Assembly: GCA_965113315.1 (NCBI GenBank)
Contig: OZ220372.1
Reading direction: 5' to 3' (one strand)
DNA: 64,000 nt
Origin: Podarcis vaucheri
Lineage: Eukaryota
The notes under the pieces were generated by a model. The model made no database searches. It saw only the letters and a list, made by a program, of their open reading frames with translations, and was not told the DNA's origin. Numbering within the stretch: the stretch's first letter is position 1; each line of letters begins with the position of its first letter. Shown piece by piece: positions 1 to 13,682 of the stretch. Made by a program: the position numbers and the translations under genes.

Positions 1-535
1 TGCATAGGTTAAAAAAAAAAAGAATGCTGTGGCTAAAGAGAATGTATGAACCCTGGTCCTTGGATTAATACACTTCTACAACTTCTTAAAAATGTAGTTT
101 CTTCCCTTAAGCATAGGTGTGACACAACAGAATCCAAAGTAATGACTGCGTAATCAGTTACTGCTTGTATAAAGATACATTATTAGTCACCAGGTGAAAA
201 AATGCTATAGTTTCTTATCTTTGCCACTCCAGTGAAAGCTGCAAACCTTTGCACTGGCTAATACTCTCTGACTCATGGACTTGCTGTCTAGAGCTATGAC
301 GTTATACTTGTGTATTCAACTGAAATGAAATAATTGAGATAAATTCTAGTCACTTATCTCTGTAAATGTCTTGGAGGGCCAATACAATTAGCCTGCCATT
401 TTGAGCCAAAAAGTATCATGTTAGTGGTTGATGTGAGCTGGCTTGTTTCTGTCAGTCTTGGAGGGCAAATTAGGCATATTAATGTAGCTTTTGGAAATAA
501 TTGCTCAGGAGGAAGCCTGTGTTGATGTAGAACTA

Positions 536-712
536 GGAGGGTGTGTGGCTCAAGCGGTAGAGCATCTGCCTTGCCTGCAGAAAAAGGTTCTGATTCAGGG
601 CTGGAAATGTTCCCAGTCTGAAAGAGTCTCTGCCAGTCTGTGTGGGCAGTACTGAGCTAGATGGACCAATGTTCTTGACTCTGTATAAGGTAGCTGCCTA
701 TGTTCCCATGTT
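536..712 (+). mobile_element. tRNA-derived SINE (Squam2-like), degenerate
   Basis: A-box-like head TGGCTCAAGCGGTAGAGCATCTG; tail TACTGAGCTAGATGGACCAATG...CCTATGTTCC shared with copies at 20240 and 21995. Confidence 0.7.
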
Positions 713-907
713 ACCCTGGGTCCTCCTTGTGGTTCTTGACTGGTTGCAGTAATAGTTACGAGTGCAACCTCCTTGCTACTGCCTTGTCTAATGCAAAACA
801 ATGTTATAGACACACCCAGTTATTATATCCCCCACAATATTTCTTTCAATTGATACGGGGCAATGAGAAATATGTTTGTAGTCCTCTGCATGCCAGTGCT
901 ATTATGC

Positions 908-1042
908 GTGTGTGGAACCTGTGGCCCTCTAGATGTTGCTGGATTCCCAACTCCCATCAGCCCCAGCAAGCATGGCCAGTGTTTGTGGATGATGGGAACT
1001 GTAGTTCAACAACATCTGGAGGGCTAGAGATTCCTCACCCCA
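908..1042. mobile_element. Palindromic hAT-like MITE
   Basis: GGAACCTGTGGCCCTCTAGATGTTG...CAACATCTGGAGGGC foldback; related copies near 7065-7570, 12893-13030, 14270-14365 and 16045-16150. Confidence 0.7.
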
Positions 1043-2202
1043 CAGCTATGATGACCTTCAACAGTGGGGAAGGTCCCTCAGTAAATGTAGGTAATGATTA
1101 ACCGCCACAGGTGACCAAGGGAGTGTTCATCCTTTACTGCAGCCCCAGATTTGCTACCTGTTACACCTTGGATCAATCCAATCTACTTTTTGAAACTCTG
1201 GATATTTATTTCCCCATCCATCTTCTCCAAAGAGTCCAGAGCAGATAGGGTGACTTGTAGAAGAATTTACACAGGATCAGTTAAACATGCCCAAATTAAC
1301 TTTTGAATGATTTGGATTCAGACTAAAGGGGCAGCATACCAAGTCAGATATAACTTGGTCTGAAAGTACTTGGAATAAAAGGTAAAATTGTCTGAAATGT
1401 AACAGCAAAAGAAGCTGTCATCCATGCAAGCCTTATCTGTGTGTTTGAGGTTTCCAAGGATGGGGACAACTAGAAACTGAGGGTAATATCCAGTGTTAGT
1501 TGTGCTTAGAATATACATGTTGAAATTGAGAGACGAGTAATTTGTCCATTGATTTCCATGTATGACTAACGCTGGAGATCTCCTTAAGAGTTACTGTAAT
1601 TTGAGAGCCAGAAGTGACCAGTGAGTGAATAAGCATGCCCACTTAACTGCTATTTATTTTTCTAGCCTAAATTGAGACAGGCTTTTTGCACAGTACAGCC
1701 TTCTTATTTAATTCGTTATGCTTACTGCTGTGGCGTGCTTGGGCAGCATGTGACCTAAAGGTCCTGTATTCCATGAACTCCTGTTAATCCAGAGAGTTTG
1801 ACTTGAATTTAGGGCTGGAGGTGAAGGGAGAGTAGCCCATTACATTCTCACTGCAGTTTTGAGAGTTAACTTTGGTACATGCTAGTCTTGTCCTGGATAA
1901 CTTCAGATTATTTCCCTTCATGCAGAACCTGAATTCTGTTCTCCTTCCTCCTTGTAAAGGAGCTCATCTTGATTTTGGATATGTCTCCCTTAAGGGTTCC
2001 AAAATTCCTCCGTTAAGAGCTACACTTGGAGCCTTTAATCTCGTATTGCAAAATACTGCCATAAGTGCTCTCTTAAGAGGAAGTCTTGGAGTTACAAATA
2101 CTTGGGGGAAGGAAGAAGTAATACAGTAGACTTTTGAGAAGAATTGGATGCCATTTATTAAATAATGGAATAGATGCTGGAGTATTTGCCATAGCGGGCA
2201 TT

Positions 2203-2660
2203 CAGCGTTCAAAATTAGCTGGGCGCCAGTTGCATTTTGCGACTGGCAACTGGCCTCCTGCAACTGGATGGAGATATCAAGGAGGCATGCTTTGCGCCTA
2301 GCATGTCCACCTGCCTGGCTGTAGTCATCTGGTCTGCCGGGCACTCCCGCCAAACACCTGATTTGCCCAACGGTACAGCAGGAAAAAACACACTTTTTTT
2401 GCTTCCATGCTGCCACACTGGGGTGAATCAGGTGTTTGGCAGGGTAGAGTGGAAGCAAAAGACACGTCTTTTGCTGTTGCACTACCCTACAGACCCTCTG
2501 ATTCTCTAGCCAGTTCCCCCCGCCCCCAGTGTGGCTACCTGGTCTGGTAGCAGGGCAGGAAAAAACAAACAGTGCACCTAGACATTTTGTTTTGTCGCCC
2601 ACAGCCTAGGTCCCAGGAGCCACATGGCTTCTAGCATTCCTGTTCCAGTTTCTAACACTG
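2203..2660. mobile_element. Putative non-autonomous DNA transposon, imperfect TIR CAGYGTT, 6-bp direct repeat GGCATT
   Basis: GC/CpG-richer island starting CAGCGTTCAAAA and ending TTTCTAACACTG; GGCATT at 2197-2202 and 2661-2666. Confidence 0.55.
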
Positions 2661-4656
2661 GGCATTTTGATAATGGACTAAGATGGATTTAGTTAGCATG
2701 TAAACCATCTAACCTGGAAGCTTGCAATTAACGTGGTAACATTTAATTTTTTGTTTTATGCTGGCCTATGTATTTTTAAATCTACAATATTGAAATGTAA
2801 ATTTAAAAAGAGGGGGAGTCTTAGAAAATATGCTGGATCTCTTCTCTTCACATCTCATGTACTAGATGATTGCCAGTTTTTAGTGGGGTTTTTTTTTACT
2901 GACATGTGACCAAATCTTAAATGTTTTGTGCTATTATTGTACCATGTCAAGATGCTGCTGGTAGGAATACATATACATATACGTACATACTTAGAGAGAG
3001 AGAGAGAGCTTGTTTTGTGGTATTATGTAAGTTTTACCTTAAACTGTTGAATTCTGGCAGAAATCTTTGGCCAAGATTCAACTTCCCACCCACTTTGAGT
3101 TCATGAGTGAAAAGTGCTTCTGAACATGCACGAGGGAGGGTCTGGCAGCAGTCCTTTGTACCTTATGAAGTACCGCACAATGGAGCCCATGACCTAGAAG
3201 GGTGCATGAGTACCCTAGAATAACTTCCACAATTGCTAGATTTTATTTTTTTCACTTTTAGAATTACACTTGTGCTAGTTTGGGTCCTGGTCATTTTATA
3301 TCTGCTTTTCAAAAAATCTATAACTGGAAACTGCTGCTGAATGGGCATAGCTCAGCCTCCAGTTTGTAGCTGGTGAGTGCTTGCACTATTCACCTTGAGC
3401 TGTATCTAATTTTTTTTCATGTATTTGGACACGGCAGGTGTTCAGGTAGGCCAGAAACAGGCAGGCATGGAAGATAATGCAAGTTTCTCTCTTGAGCCTG
3501 GGGCAAATGTGCACTATTAATAAAAGGGACCATATTTCAGAGTATCTTTATTCTAACCGGTCTCTGCAAAAATGGTTAGTCAATGCATGCACCCAAAATG
3601 TCACTCGTATAAAAATCTGACTTAGAATTATTTACTTTCTAAAAGATGACTTGGACAAATGATGATCTACATAGCGGGGGCAGGTTTTAACTTTCTACTC
3701 CTACATATCATGCACAGGGTTACATTTATTTCTTGTCTAGGATGCCATAATAGGGTGAAATCTCCCAGAGAAGTCCTGGAAGGTACAGGCACTCCAACAA
3801 TGGGTACTTGTAAAATTTTCCAAAGCCATAAGTGAAGTCCTTCTTTTTGGAGGATGCTGCTTAGTACTTGGGCCAGATCCCACAAAGCAATTTCCTTATG
3901 AAGCAGCAATTCCGATACTTAGTTGCCATATTCCTACAAGACTGCTCTGAGCTATCAAATTTCCACACATCCAGCTTGCTAACAGAGCTATGGAAAATAG
4001 TATAGATCCACCTTAACAAGAGTGCTTATTTTCATAGATGTAAATCATAATTTGGGCGGTTTTTTCATGTGGAGACTTTTCATGGCATGAACAGACTCGG
4101 TAGCTTAGATCTAGTTGTGCCATGTTTATATGCAAACTACTGCCAGCTATCAGCTTTTAGGCAAATGTCTTCTCTGATCTGATGTGTGTTCACTGTCAAT
4201 AGCTCCTATCTATGCAGCCTGAAATGTAATAGTACTGGATTGCCTGAAGTAGCATAGTTCTTGTTGACTGTGAATCTAAGATGACTTTGTTCTTACCTTG
4301 ACTTGAAGCACCCCTCCCCGTATGACATATGTGACAAAAGAACATGGAAAGAAGTAGCTAAAGACTTGATGGCAAGAGTACATGGACTGCTTGTGGTTAC
4401 ATACAATTACAGACTCATCCCTAGAAGCTAAACATTAAGTAATGCATTATTAGTACCAATACCTAATTTTAGATTACTTCTTTCATGTCCAGCCCTTTGG
4501 GATATGTCCTCATCTTTCTGAACATTTGCCTTTGCTGTTGATTTGTATTGAAGGAACCATTATGTTGTTGTGGAATGGGGATGGGGCTATATTTTCTCCA
4601 CAATATAGACTATGGCAAAGTTCTCTCACCCTCCCATTAAGCTTCTGGTATCCTGC

Positions 4657-5000
4657 GGGTGGCGCTGTGGGTTAAACCACAGAGCCTAGGAATTGCCAAT
4701 CAGAAGGTCGGCGGTTCAAATCCCCGCGATGAGGTGAGCTCCTGTTGCTCAGTCCTTGCTCCTGCCAACCTAGCAGTTCGAAAGCACGTCAAAGTGCAAG
4801 TAGATAAATAGGTACCGCTTTGGTGGAAAGGTAAACAGCATTTCCATGCGCTGCTCTGGTTCGCCAGAAGCGGCTTAGTCATGCTGGCCACATGACCCGG
4901 AAGCTGTACGCCATCTCCCTCGGCCAATAAAGCGAGATGAGCGCCGCAACCCCAGAGTCGTCCGCAACTGGACCTAATGGTCAGGGGTCCCTTTACCTTT
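4657..5000 (+). mobile_element. Sauria SINE (Squam1), subfamily A
   Basis: Pol III boxes TGGCGCTGTGG and GGTTCAAATCC, ACCTTT tail, TSD TATCCTGC at 4649-4656 and 5001-5008. Confidence 0.92.
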
Positions 5001-5260
5001 TATCCTGCAAACACTGCTTCCCTGTGTATTTTGAGGAAATGGGAAAAGTCACAGCACACTCATGCCTTTACCCAAGCCTAAGACAGTATGCTATATAGGG
5101 CTATCTTGTTTATCCATACACCAATTAGGCATGGGCTCTGAGATAGGTTTAACAAGAGGATCCAAATGGTTCTGCATACAGTAAAAAATTTATTGCCTGC
5201 CTTGGACTAGGGTAGTTTAAACAACATGGATCCCAGTACCAATTTTCATTAGTCTATAGT

Positions 5261-5457
5261 AGTGGTTCCCAAACCTTTTCCCTCTGAGACCACTTGAACA
5301 TTGCTGAGGGTCTTGGCAGACCACTTAATGATTCTCCTGCCTCTTAGAGCAATTGTAATGATTATGCTGTGCTAGATGGTGTATGATTTTAATTGTATTT
5401 TTAGACACACTGGGCAACTTGAATGAAACTTGTCGACCACTTGTAGTTTGGGAACCC
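5261..5457. mobile_element. hAT-Charlie-like MITE, old
   Basis: Termini AGTGGTTCCCAAAC ... GTTTGGGAACC. Confidence 0.6.
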
Positions 5458-6636
5458 AAAGATTCTAAAAGTTCTAGTGACCTTAAGAGGTTGCTGCAAA
5501 TACAGAATGTTAAATACAGAATGTGCAATCTTTCATGAGTTTGCTAACTTTTGTACCAGGCTACCACTTCATCCAACTTACTTCCAATGACAGTATCCTA
5601 AATTTAATTAAATGCTTGAAAATGAGTTCCTTTGAAAATCATGGGAATTTCTTCCAAACACATTCAAATGCATTGATAAGATTTAGATGAATGCAAAGAT
5701 TATCTTTAGTATCTCTAAAATAGTACATTTCATCTACTCACCTGATTGAAACAACCACATTCCCCCCCCCCCAGTGGATGAATACATATCTTCAGCAAAA
5801 ACTTTGAAGTTCTAATTGAGAACCTTGTGTCTTCAGACATAAGCCTGTTGGTATTACTGTATGCTTTTAATTCAACCAAAGTGACTGCTAATAGAAAATG
5901 TGGGTGAGTCTTTCTCACAGAAGCACTCCAATACCATCTTTGTTGCGTGAGAAGCAGCTGGGGAGAGGAGCCGCAAGATATTCAGGAAGGGTTGAACCCC
6001 TTGATCAGTGTGTCCTCTCCCAAAATATGTGATGAGGCCACTCCAAGATTAAACCCACACAACTGCTGCAGTGTCTAATATTGCCCTAAGATGCTGTTAG
6101 TGGTAGATTTTGCATAATCACTAATCAGTTTGACAGTGGCACTTGAAATTATTCAGACCAGTTAGGAAATGCCTTCAACCCAATTAGCTTAGCAGGTAAG
6201 CCCTGCTCCTTACCACTGTTGGCTATGAAGTTCCTTTCAAGTAGAGTGAAGTTGCAATTGCTGGACTACACTATGGGGCTTATTTTTCATTTTGTGCAGT
6301 ATTATGCAAGGTATTTAAAGTCTAGACTTGATGTTAATGTGCACAGACTAGGTATCTTAGTTATCCCTCAGGTTACTATAGACGAAACGAAGAGGGACAA
6401 CTTTTGTGCTATACAGTAGTGCTGAAGCTGCTTGGGCATGCATCATGAAAGCCTTGGGAATAATATATATAGTAAAGCCTTTGGGTACTTCCATGGCTCC
6501 AGCCTGCATAAAATTTCTTCTTGTTTCCTCTTAACTAGCTGTTTTTCCACATTTCATATTGTTTAATAGTGTGCTTGTACAAACCTGCTACATGTGTTTG
6601 AAGAGCAAGTTGCGATACAACACAAATAGTATTATG

Positions 6637-6746
6637 GGTTGTATCCAACCAAGTTCAGTTCAGAGCACACCCACTGAAATTAATGGACCTAAGTTAGTCA
6701 AGGGCATTCATTTCTATGCGTCTACTCAAGCACTGGATACAGCCCC
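6637..6746. mobile_element. Short palindromic MITE
   Basis: GGGTTGTATCCA ... TGGATACAGCCC termini; related to 1481-1583, 32605-32721 and 49297-49410. Confidence 0.6.
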
Positions 6747-7153
6747 TAATGCCCTTTTTCTTGTTGTCTGATATGAGGAAGCACAGCTGAGAGATCCACT
6801 AAGGACTTTTTCTTAGAAATGGTATTTTTAGGCACTCACTGCTGTTCCAGCTTCCAGTTACAGTCTTGCCCAGACCTCCAAGCTACTCTATCTTATTCTT
6901 AAACTGTTCTCATCCCCTGAACTGCTCTTTTTTGTTTCTCCTGGCTGTAACTGAGCCTTTAGTCCTTGAGTTCCCCTCCATCCTATTGCTTGCCATATGT
7001 ACATCTTGCAGGAGTCTTCAACAATGTTTTTCCAAAATGAGGGGCAAATAGTTGGGGTACTCTTTCCCAGTTGGTGCCTTCCAAATGCATTGGATTACAA
7101 TTTCCATCAGGCCTAACCAGCATGGCTAAGGATCAGGAACAATAGGAGATGTA

Positions 7154-7518
7154 AAGGTAAAGGTAAAGGTACCCCTGCCCGAACGGGCCAGTCTTGACAG
7201 ACTCTGGGGTTTGTGCGCCCATCTCACATCTATTGGCCGGGGGCCAGCGCTGTCCGAAGACACTTCCGGGTCACGTGGCCAGCGTGACAACGCTGCTCTG
7301 GCAAGCCAGAGCCGCACACGGAACGCCGTTTACCTTCCCGCTGGTAAGCGGTACCTATTTATCTACTTGCCCCCGGGGGTGCTTTCGAACTGCTAGGTGG
7401 GCAGGCGCTGGGACCGAGCAGCGGGAGCGCACCCCGCCGCGGGGATTCGAACCGCCGACCTTTCGATCGGCAAGCCCTAGGCGCTGAGGCTTTAGCCCAC
7501 AGCGCCACCCGCGTCCCT
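7154..7518 (-). mobile_element. Sauria SINE, young subfamily B, full length
   Basis: Perfect 13-bp TSD AATAGGAGATGTA at 7141-7153 and 7519-7531; CpGs intact; inserted in an older palindromic MITE. Confidence 0.95.
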
Positions 7519-10500
7519 AATAGGAGATGTACCATAGTCCAAAACATATGGAGGGTACCAGACTGGGGAAGGAAGGCAGGTCTAGGGAATCTTGTACTAC
7601 CTAATGTTCATAAACTGTTCTCTAGAAGTAGACGTTTGACAAAACATGGCTGAAAAGTGACTAGCTAACTTTTTACCTTTCACCTATGTCTTCAGCAGTC
7701 CCAGTTACAAGCATTTCTTTATTGGAGGCTCCCAAGCTGTTTATGGCCTTTAGGTTATCTTAAAAACAAGCTTGCAACTGCAGTTTAGCCCATTTGTTTG
7801 TGTCCAGGGGCATGCAGTAAAGAAGGGAGGCTGGGCCAGGAATGGTCGCTGGAATGTCTTTCTTTGTGCACAACATTTCTCCTTTGTGTTGGACCAACAC
7901 TTGCTTTTGGATAAGGGAACATCCCAGGAAAGTAGTGCTGGCAGATGGCAAAGGGCTGTGCCAAAGGGATAGGTAACATTTCTGAGTAGGTGGTCACAAG
8001 GCTTTTAAAAAGTTGTATATGATTATAATTCTGTATTGAAATTTTGGAGAGCTTTAGTTGCTTAAGATACTCTGATGACACTGAATGTTCAGAGCTGCTG
8101 CTGCTGCTATCTAGAACTAGTGAGCCTGAGGCTGGCTTTCCTATGAAACTAGCTGTCACTTTAGCCAAGTTGCCAGACCTTATAAAACTCATAATGGAGC
8201 AGGAAATGAGGGATTATCATTACAACATGAAAAGGCAATGGTGTAGCCATAGATTCCTGATCATGGACAATTATTAGCTTGTTTCCTTTGTGGTCACGAG
8301 AAGTTCAGGATCAGTGGCATTTTTTTTAAAAAAAGTTGTTGAGGGTGTGGCAGATCCTTGTTCCAATCTGAGCCAGACAGTACTAATGTTGGATCTGCTT
8401 TGGTCCTATCCTGGCCCTCAGATAGAAATGAATTCAATTCATGAAGAAAATCACTTGTGGGGAATGCCAACAGCCTCCTTTTTCCTGCTCTTGATCCGTT
8501 AGAAACCACTTGCCCTACTTTTCTGTCTGCTCCTGGGATAGTGGTGGTCTGCGTTCAGAGAGAAGGAGCTACTGCTGCTTGTGTAAGGTATCAGGCTTTT
8601 GCACTTAAATGTGGACCAGAAAGATGATACAGAAGAAATGTCCATGAAGAGAGAGTGCTTTAGAAGAAAGAAGCATAGCATTGATGCAAATTGCAGAGTC
8701 CGTAAAAGAATGAGAAGGCATGATCATAGATGGGAGGGGTGTTGACTCTGACATATGTCTTGCATGAACTCGACTGGAATGGTAAAACCAGCAGAAGAGG
8801 CAGCCTTGCTTTCAAATCTAAGTAAATAGGAATAGTGTTTCTACCTGTGGCACAGCAGGGAAGCGTTTAGTTATTGGCTCTGATCTGCTGTGGAGGTATT
8901 GTTGGCAGTACTTTGGGCTCCTATGCTGAGCACTCAAAGCCTGCGGGGATAGGAACTTTTGCTTCAATATTGTCATCTTGTGCAATGTCCCAGGCCTGTC
9001 TCTTAAGATCCTGTTGCCCAGGGAGACATGGTGAACTCTAAACCAAACCCTTTGAGCAGCAGGGCTGGGCTGGAGTCTCTGAAGCCACTGCTGTCATCTT
9101 AAAGTGGGATTACTCTACTGAGTGGTCATGAAGAATGTGTTCTCCCTCTGGAATGTTTTCCTTGTGGGCATGCTGTCTCTTTCCTATGCTGAGAAGGCAT
9201 GTACTGCACACATGGTAATAGGAAACAACAGTTTCAGAAAGCATACTATGCTACATTTAGCTTGGAATAAGATATATTCCAAACTTTTTAAGCTTTGGGT
9301 TGCTGCCAGTTGGGCTTAAGTGTGCTGCAGATGGAGTTTGAAACTAATAACCACCTCTACACCCCTCCCCATAACACAATATGCTATTTCCATGCACCAG
9401 TTCCCATACTCTGTAAGCTGAACTAATTAATATCAGCTTCACTCTTGAGTGCAACGTGTCCTAGGACTTAACTCTGCAGTTGGTTTGTAATGGCAGGAAT
9501 GGCCTGTCACTACTGTGGCGTTTCCATACCACTTTTCCACCCCTGCCATTGCACTTCTGGATTTCAGCAATGGTGATTGTTTGGGGAAAGGGTGGTAAGA
9601 CAAAACATGATTAAGGGCAAAACATGATTCTTAAGAAATACAATTGTGCAAATAGCTTTCCTAGCTTTGAATGCAAAGTATTTTGCCTTGGCAGTAGTAC
9701 CCCGCCCCACCCCCCAATATCCTAATCCGTTTGCAGGGGTACTTCTGTTTTTGTTGTAACCACGAGCCCATCTAAGTTTGCATGGGCTCTCTAGTTAACC
9801 AGTCGCAAGCCTTCTGAGAAGAAAAGCCCAATCATGGGTTTCCCTTGCCTCCTGTTATAAGAATGTTTCCCTTTGATACCATACAGAGACTAGTAATGAC
9901 TTGTTGGTCTGCAGCTGGCATTCCTCAAGTCCTGTAGAGGTGAGTCGGGAAGAGTGGAAGAAGGAAATGGTTAAATAATATAATTATTTAATCTAAGAAT
10001 TGGGAAGCAGCAAAAGCCGAACAATTCATTATGAAGGGAAAGATGACTTCTAAATTGAAAGTGAGGCGGAACTTTTAAGAAGAGTCTGTTAATTTTGTGT
10101 TAACAGTTGCAACCAATAGGGCCAGAATATGGGGATAATCTTAACATGTGAACCATATGGTTTGGGTTGCATCTTCTGTTTGTACGTAAAATGGCAGAAT
10201 TGCTACTGTCTTTCCAATATAGGTAATTTGTAGACCCTCCCTTGCAACCACACTGATACCAAGAGGTTTATGCCTGTTAAAGTTTCACACGTATTTCGTG
10301 TTGTGGCATATACAATTTATATTTCCTTAGTGCAGAACTTGCTTGACACCAAGTGAATAATGCAGTTCATATTTTTTGAGTGGTGGCAGCCCTGTACCCT
10401 GGGATAATAAACTAAACTTAAAAATGAGTGCTCTGAAGTAGTGCATCTAAGTACCATACAGCTGCAAAAAAAAAAGTAGACTACTTGAATGTTGAGAAAG

Positions 10501-10541
10501 AGCTCAGATTCCTGGAGAGAGAGACTTTAACAGTTACTTAA

Positions 10542-10631
10542 GGCTGCAATCCTATGCTTACTTACCTAGGTATTAGTTCCACTCAACTCACTGGACCTTG
10601 CTTCTGAGTAAACCTGTATAGGATTGCACTG
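10542..10631. mobile_element. Short palindromic MITE (possibly Harbinger-like)
   Basis: GGCTGCAATCCTAT ... ATAGGATTGCAC; related copies near 54098-54190 and 59795-59865. Confidence 0.6.
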
Positions 10632-11908
10632 CATATCAAATATTATTGTGACACACCATATTTAGTTTGTGTGAAAGCCTTGACAGTTATTTTTTCCCAC
10701 TGTCACAGAAAGGCGCCTCATTGCAGTTAACATTGCTTTTATAAAAAAGTGTGTGTGTATGTGAGTGTTGTGAAATACTTATCATTGAAACAAAGGCTGT
10801 GCCTGTATGAGGAGCAACTTGAACTTGTGAACTATAGAGCCCTCTGGCTTCTCACTTGTGTTATAATGTGGTTCTCCCAACTCAGCATTCAATTTTGATC
10901 TTGCAACTAATTTTCAGTTGCTCTGACTCCTTTTTTACTGCGCAACATCAGCAACAGGATATTGCTAATCAGAGTGCCTCTCATTTCATAATTTCAAAAG
11001 TCAAGGAGTGTACTGCTGTACTTGTCACCTCAATTAATCACTGAGTACTTTCAACAGATTTCTCTGCTTCAATTGCTCTGTGTTACAGAATGCACAGGTA
11101 TGGGGAATACAGCAATGCCCCCACGTACAATTAAATTGGAGAAAATTGGGCATAAAGACTTCAGATGACAACTTTGCATGTCCAAAGGAAATGTGAGACA
11201 TGAATTTGCTTTTGCCATGTTTGACAAATGAAGCTCAAACATCTTTATAAGCTGTAGAAATTTCTACATGCCTCTGTCTTTAAGTACCGTAGTTTGTGTG
11301 CTTCAGATTTTGAGAGTAATTGAATGTGTTGCTCCTGAGAATCAGAGGCTCAGTTTCTCCACAGATTCAGGAGAATACCCAGTGAATCGGGCTTTGTCCT
11401 GTAAGCAATAGGTTTGAGATCATGATCACATAGTGCACTTTCACCACCTCACCCCTTGCTTAACCTACACACTGCACTTACCAGTTAGGTAGCATTTGCT
11501 GTGTAATTATATCTTACTGCTTCCCCCTCCCCCTTACACTTGAGCAAACCGTGCTCAGACTGCTTGAGCAATAGAAGCTTGGTTCTATCAGAACAAAGTG
11601 CAGTATAACTCTGGGAACAACTTTCCCCCAGAAATTTCATTACAGACTTCATTTGGGCTATTCTGTTGCAAGGCTTTGGATTTGATTTAGGTGGGAAAGA
11701 ACTAACTGCTTAGGTCCTATTAGGGCTCAATAGTTAAATACTCCAAACGGGTAAAAATGAACTGTCATCTTTCCCTGAAGATGAGGCTTTAACTACAACT
11801 GAAAAGGTTATTGTCTTCTCACTCTCCAGCAACTTTGCCTGGGGCATGCTGTGCAGTTACCTATTTGCAAGAGTGTGCAATGCTTAAATCAGGAAAAGCT
11901 GTGTGGGT

Positions 11909-12048
11909 TAATATTCATTGGATACATTCAAGCAGCATGGTCATTTAGAGACAAAATTTCCTGTTTGTTAAGCAGTCTTTCTGCTTATACTCTTTTATAT
12001 TAATGTGCTGACCTTGATGAGCAATGGCAGAGTCCCAAAAGCAATTCT
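11909..12048 (+). repeat. Copy 1 of ~140-bp local direct duplication
   Basis: Aligns with 14623-14767, with identical blocks AAATTTCCTGTTTGTTAAGCAG and TGAGCAATGGCAGAGTCCCAAAAGCAATTCT. Confidence 0.9.
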
Positions 12049-12892
12049 TTGGCCACTGATAAAGTAAACAGTAGGCCAAGGGGGTAATACAAATAGTACT
12101 GGAGAAATAAACGGCAAGCAGTGTGTCCTGTTTTTCCAGATGCTTCTGAAGCCTAAAGGAAGCTTCACTTTTTTCAGGGGGCAGGTTCTCACAAACCTTT
12201 AATACTAGAAATCCTGCAGAAAGGGTTCAGCAAATGGAATGTCTAGATTCCTGAAAGGTAGACTGTATCTCACCCTCTCCTTCCCAGTCTTGTGGTGCAG
12301 ATGGTGTATTCAGTTGTCAGCCTTCATCTGAAACACCTGGATCCTGTAGAAAGCTCAGGAGTTGAGAAAGGATCTCTTGTGCATGTTCAGCAAATAGTGT
12401 ATTGAAATGTTCCCTAAAATAGAGATGCAGGTTCCATAGTGTGTGGGGTGCATGGTATAACTATGGGAAGGTGGGTGGGGCGCTGGTGAACTAGGAAATC
12501 CCTGGTTCGAAAGCCATCATTTGGTTACGTACCCAGTAGGTGGCACAGTGCAGCTCAGATTCTGCAGAATACTAATTGTGTGTCGCAACTCTGTGTTATG
12601 GCTGAGTGAGACGTTTGCCAAATCCTTACTGTTACCACACTCTTCTTGCGCAAGCTGCTTTTACCCTTTGCAGCAAGGGGGAACATATTGGGGGAGGTGA
12701 TTTAGTAAGAAGAGTTCACTTTCCACCTTCTGTTAGAATTTGGTAGTCATGCATGAGTCTGCTGTTGTCATGACCAGTTTGGCTCTTATACAGTTCTGTG
12801 TTCTCTTGACTTCCCATTTTAAATAGGAGAACAGCAACCTACCCTAACAAGGTGACTGTAAGGATTACTGGGAATATATGTGACTCTTTGGA

Positions 12893-13030
12893 GCAGGGAT
12901 GCGGAACCTGTGGCCTTCCAGATGTTGTTGGGATCAAAGTCCCATCAACCCTAGTTGACATAGTCCAATGGTCAAGGCTGTAGTCCAGCAGCATCTGTGT
13001 GGGGTGTGTCAAAGTTTGCCCATTCCTGCC
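12893..13030. mobile_element. Palindromic hAT-like MITE (family of 908-1042)
   Basis: GCAGGGATGCGGAACCTGTGGCC ... TTTGCCCATTCCTGC. Confidence 0.65.
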
Positions 13031-13682
13031 ATATGCCTCCATCAAATATATGCACCACAGAGGCTGCATTTGTATTCCCTCCCATGGATGATTATGGTGT
13101 TAATTAACTTTTGTAATGTCTGCATGCATGGCTAGACTAAGATGCAACTTCTCTCACCTTTCCCATTGTCTTCACTTCACATCTATACTGAAAGGACTGT
13201 GGCTGTGGTACACTACAATATTATGAGTAAAGGAAGGTGAAGGTGCTTCATTTGAAATGTTTTTTTGCTCACGTGAGAAAGAAATGTTTGCTCTGAGAAT
13301 GCTGAAACGCCCTACAGTCTCCCTTAACCCTACGTGCTTGAAATGATCTGAGTTGCTTCTAGATGTCTTGGATATGACTGAATCAAAGTCTGGATGGTAA
13401 CAGGGACCACACACCTGTAACTAGCCCAGCTTTACAATAGAATGGTAAAGAGCCCAGTGGGCAGGAGCACAGGAAAGAGTCTCTCCCAAACATCTGCTGT
13501 TGCATGTGCTCCAGCAAATCTCATTATGGTCTCTTTCAACATCAAAGGGGTGGCTACCTGCCCAATACTCTTGCTGTTTAGCGTCCCGCCATGACTGCAG
13601 ATGTTGATGCCATATCTGTAATTAGCAGATCAGTTCTAGGAACAAGCTGGATTCTGCATAGTGGACCCAAACTTCTTTCTTA

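Noticed and set aside
1964-2602. Longest non-myosin ORF (212 aa, minus strand)
   Set aside because: Non-ATG start, no recognisable domain, and it largely overlaps a GC-richer transposon-like island, so it is probably a chance ORF.
7194-7487. Repeated 97-aa ORF MTDSGVCAPISH... (also at 13723 and 26023) that looks like a small gene family
   Set aside because: It is the antisense reading of near-identical Sauria SINE copies and has a non-ATG start.
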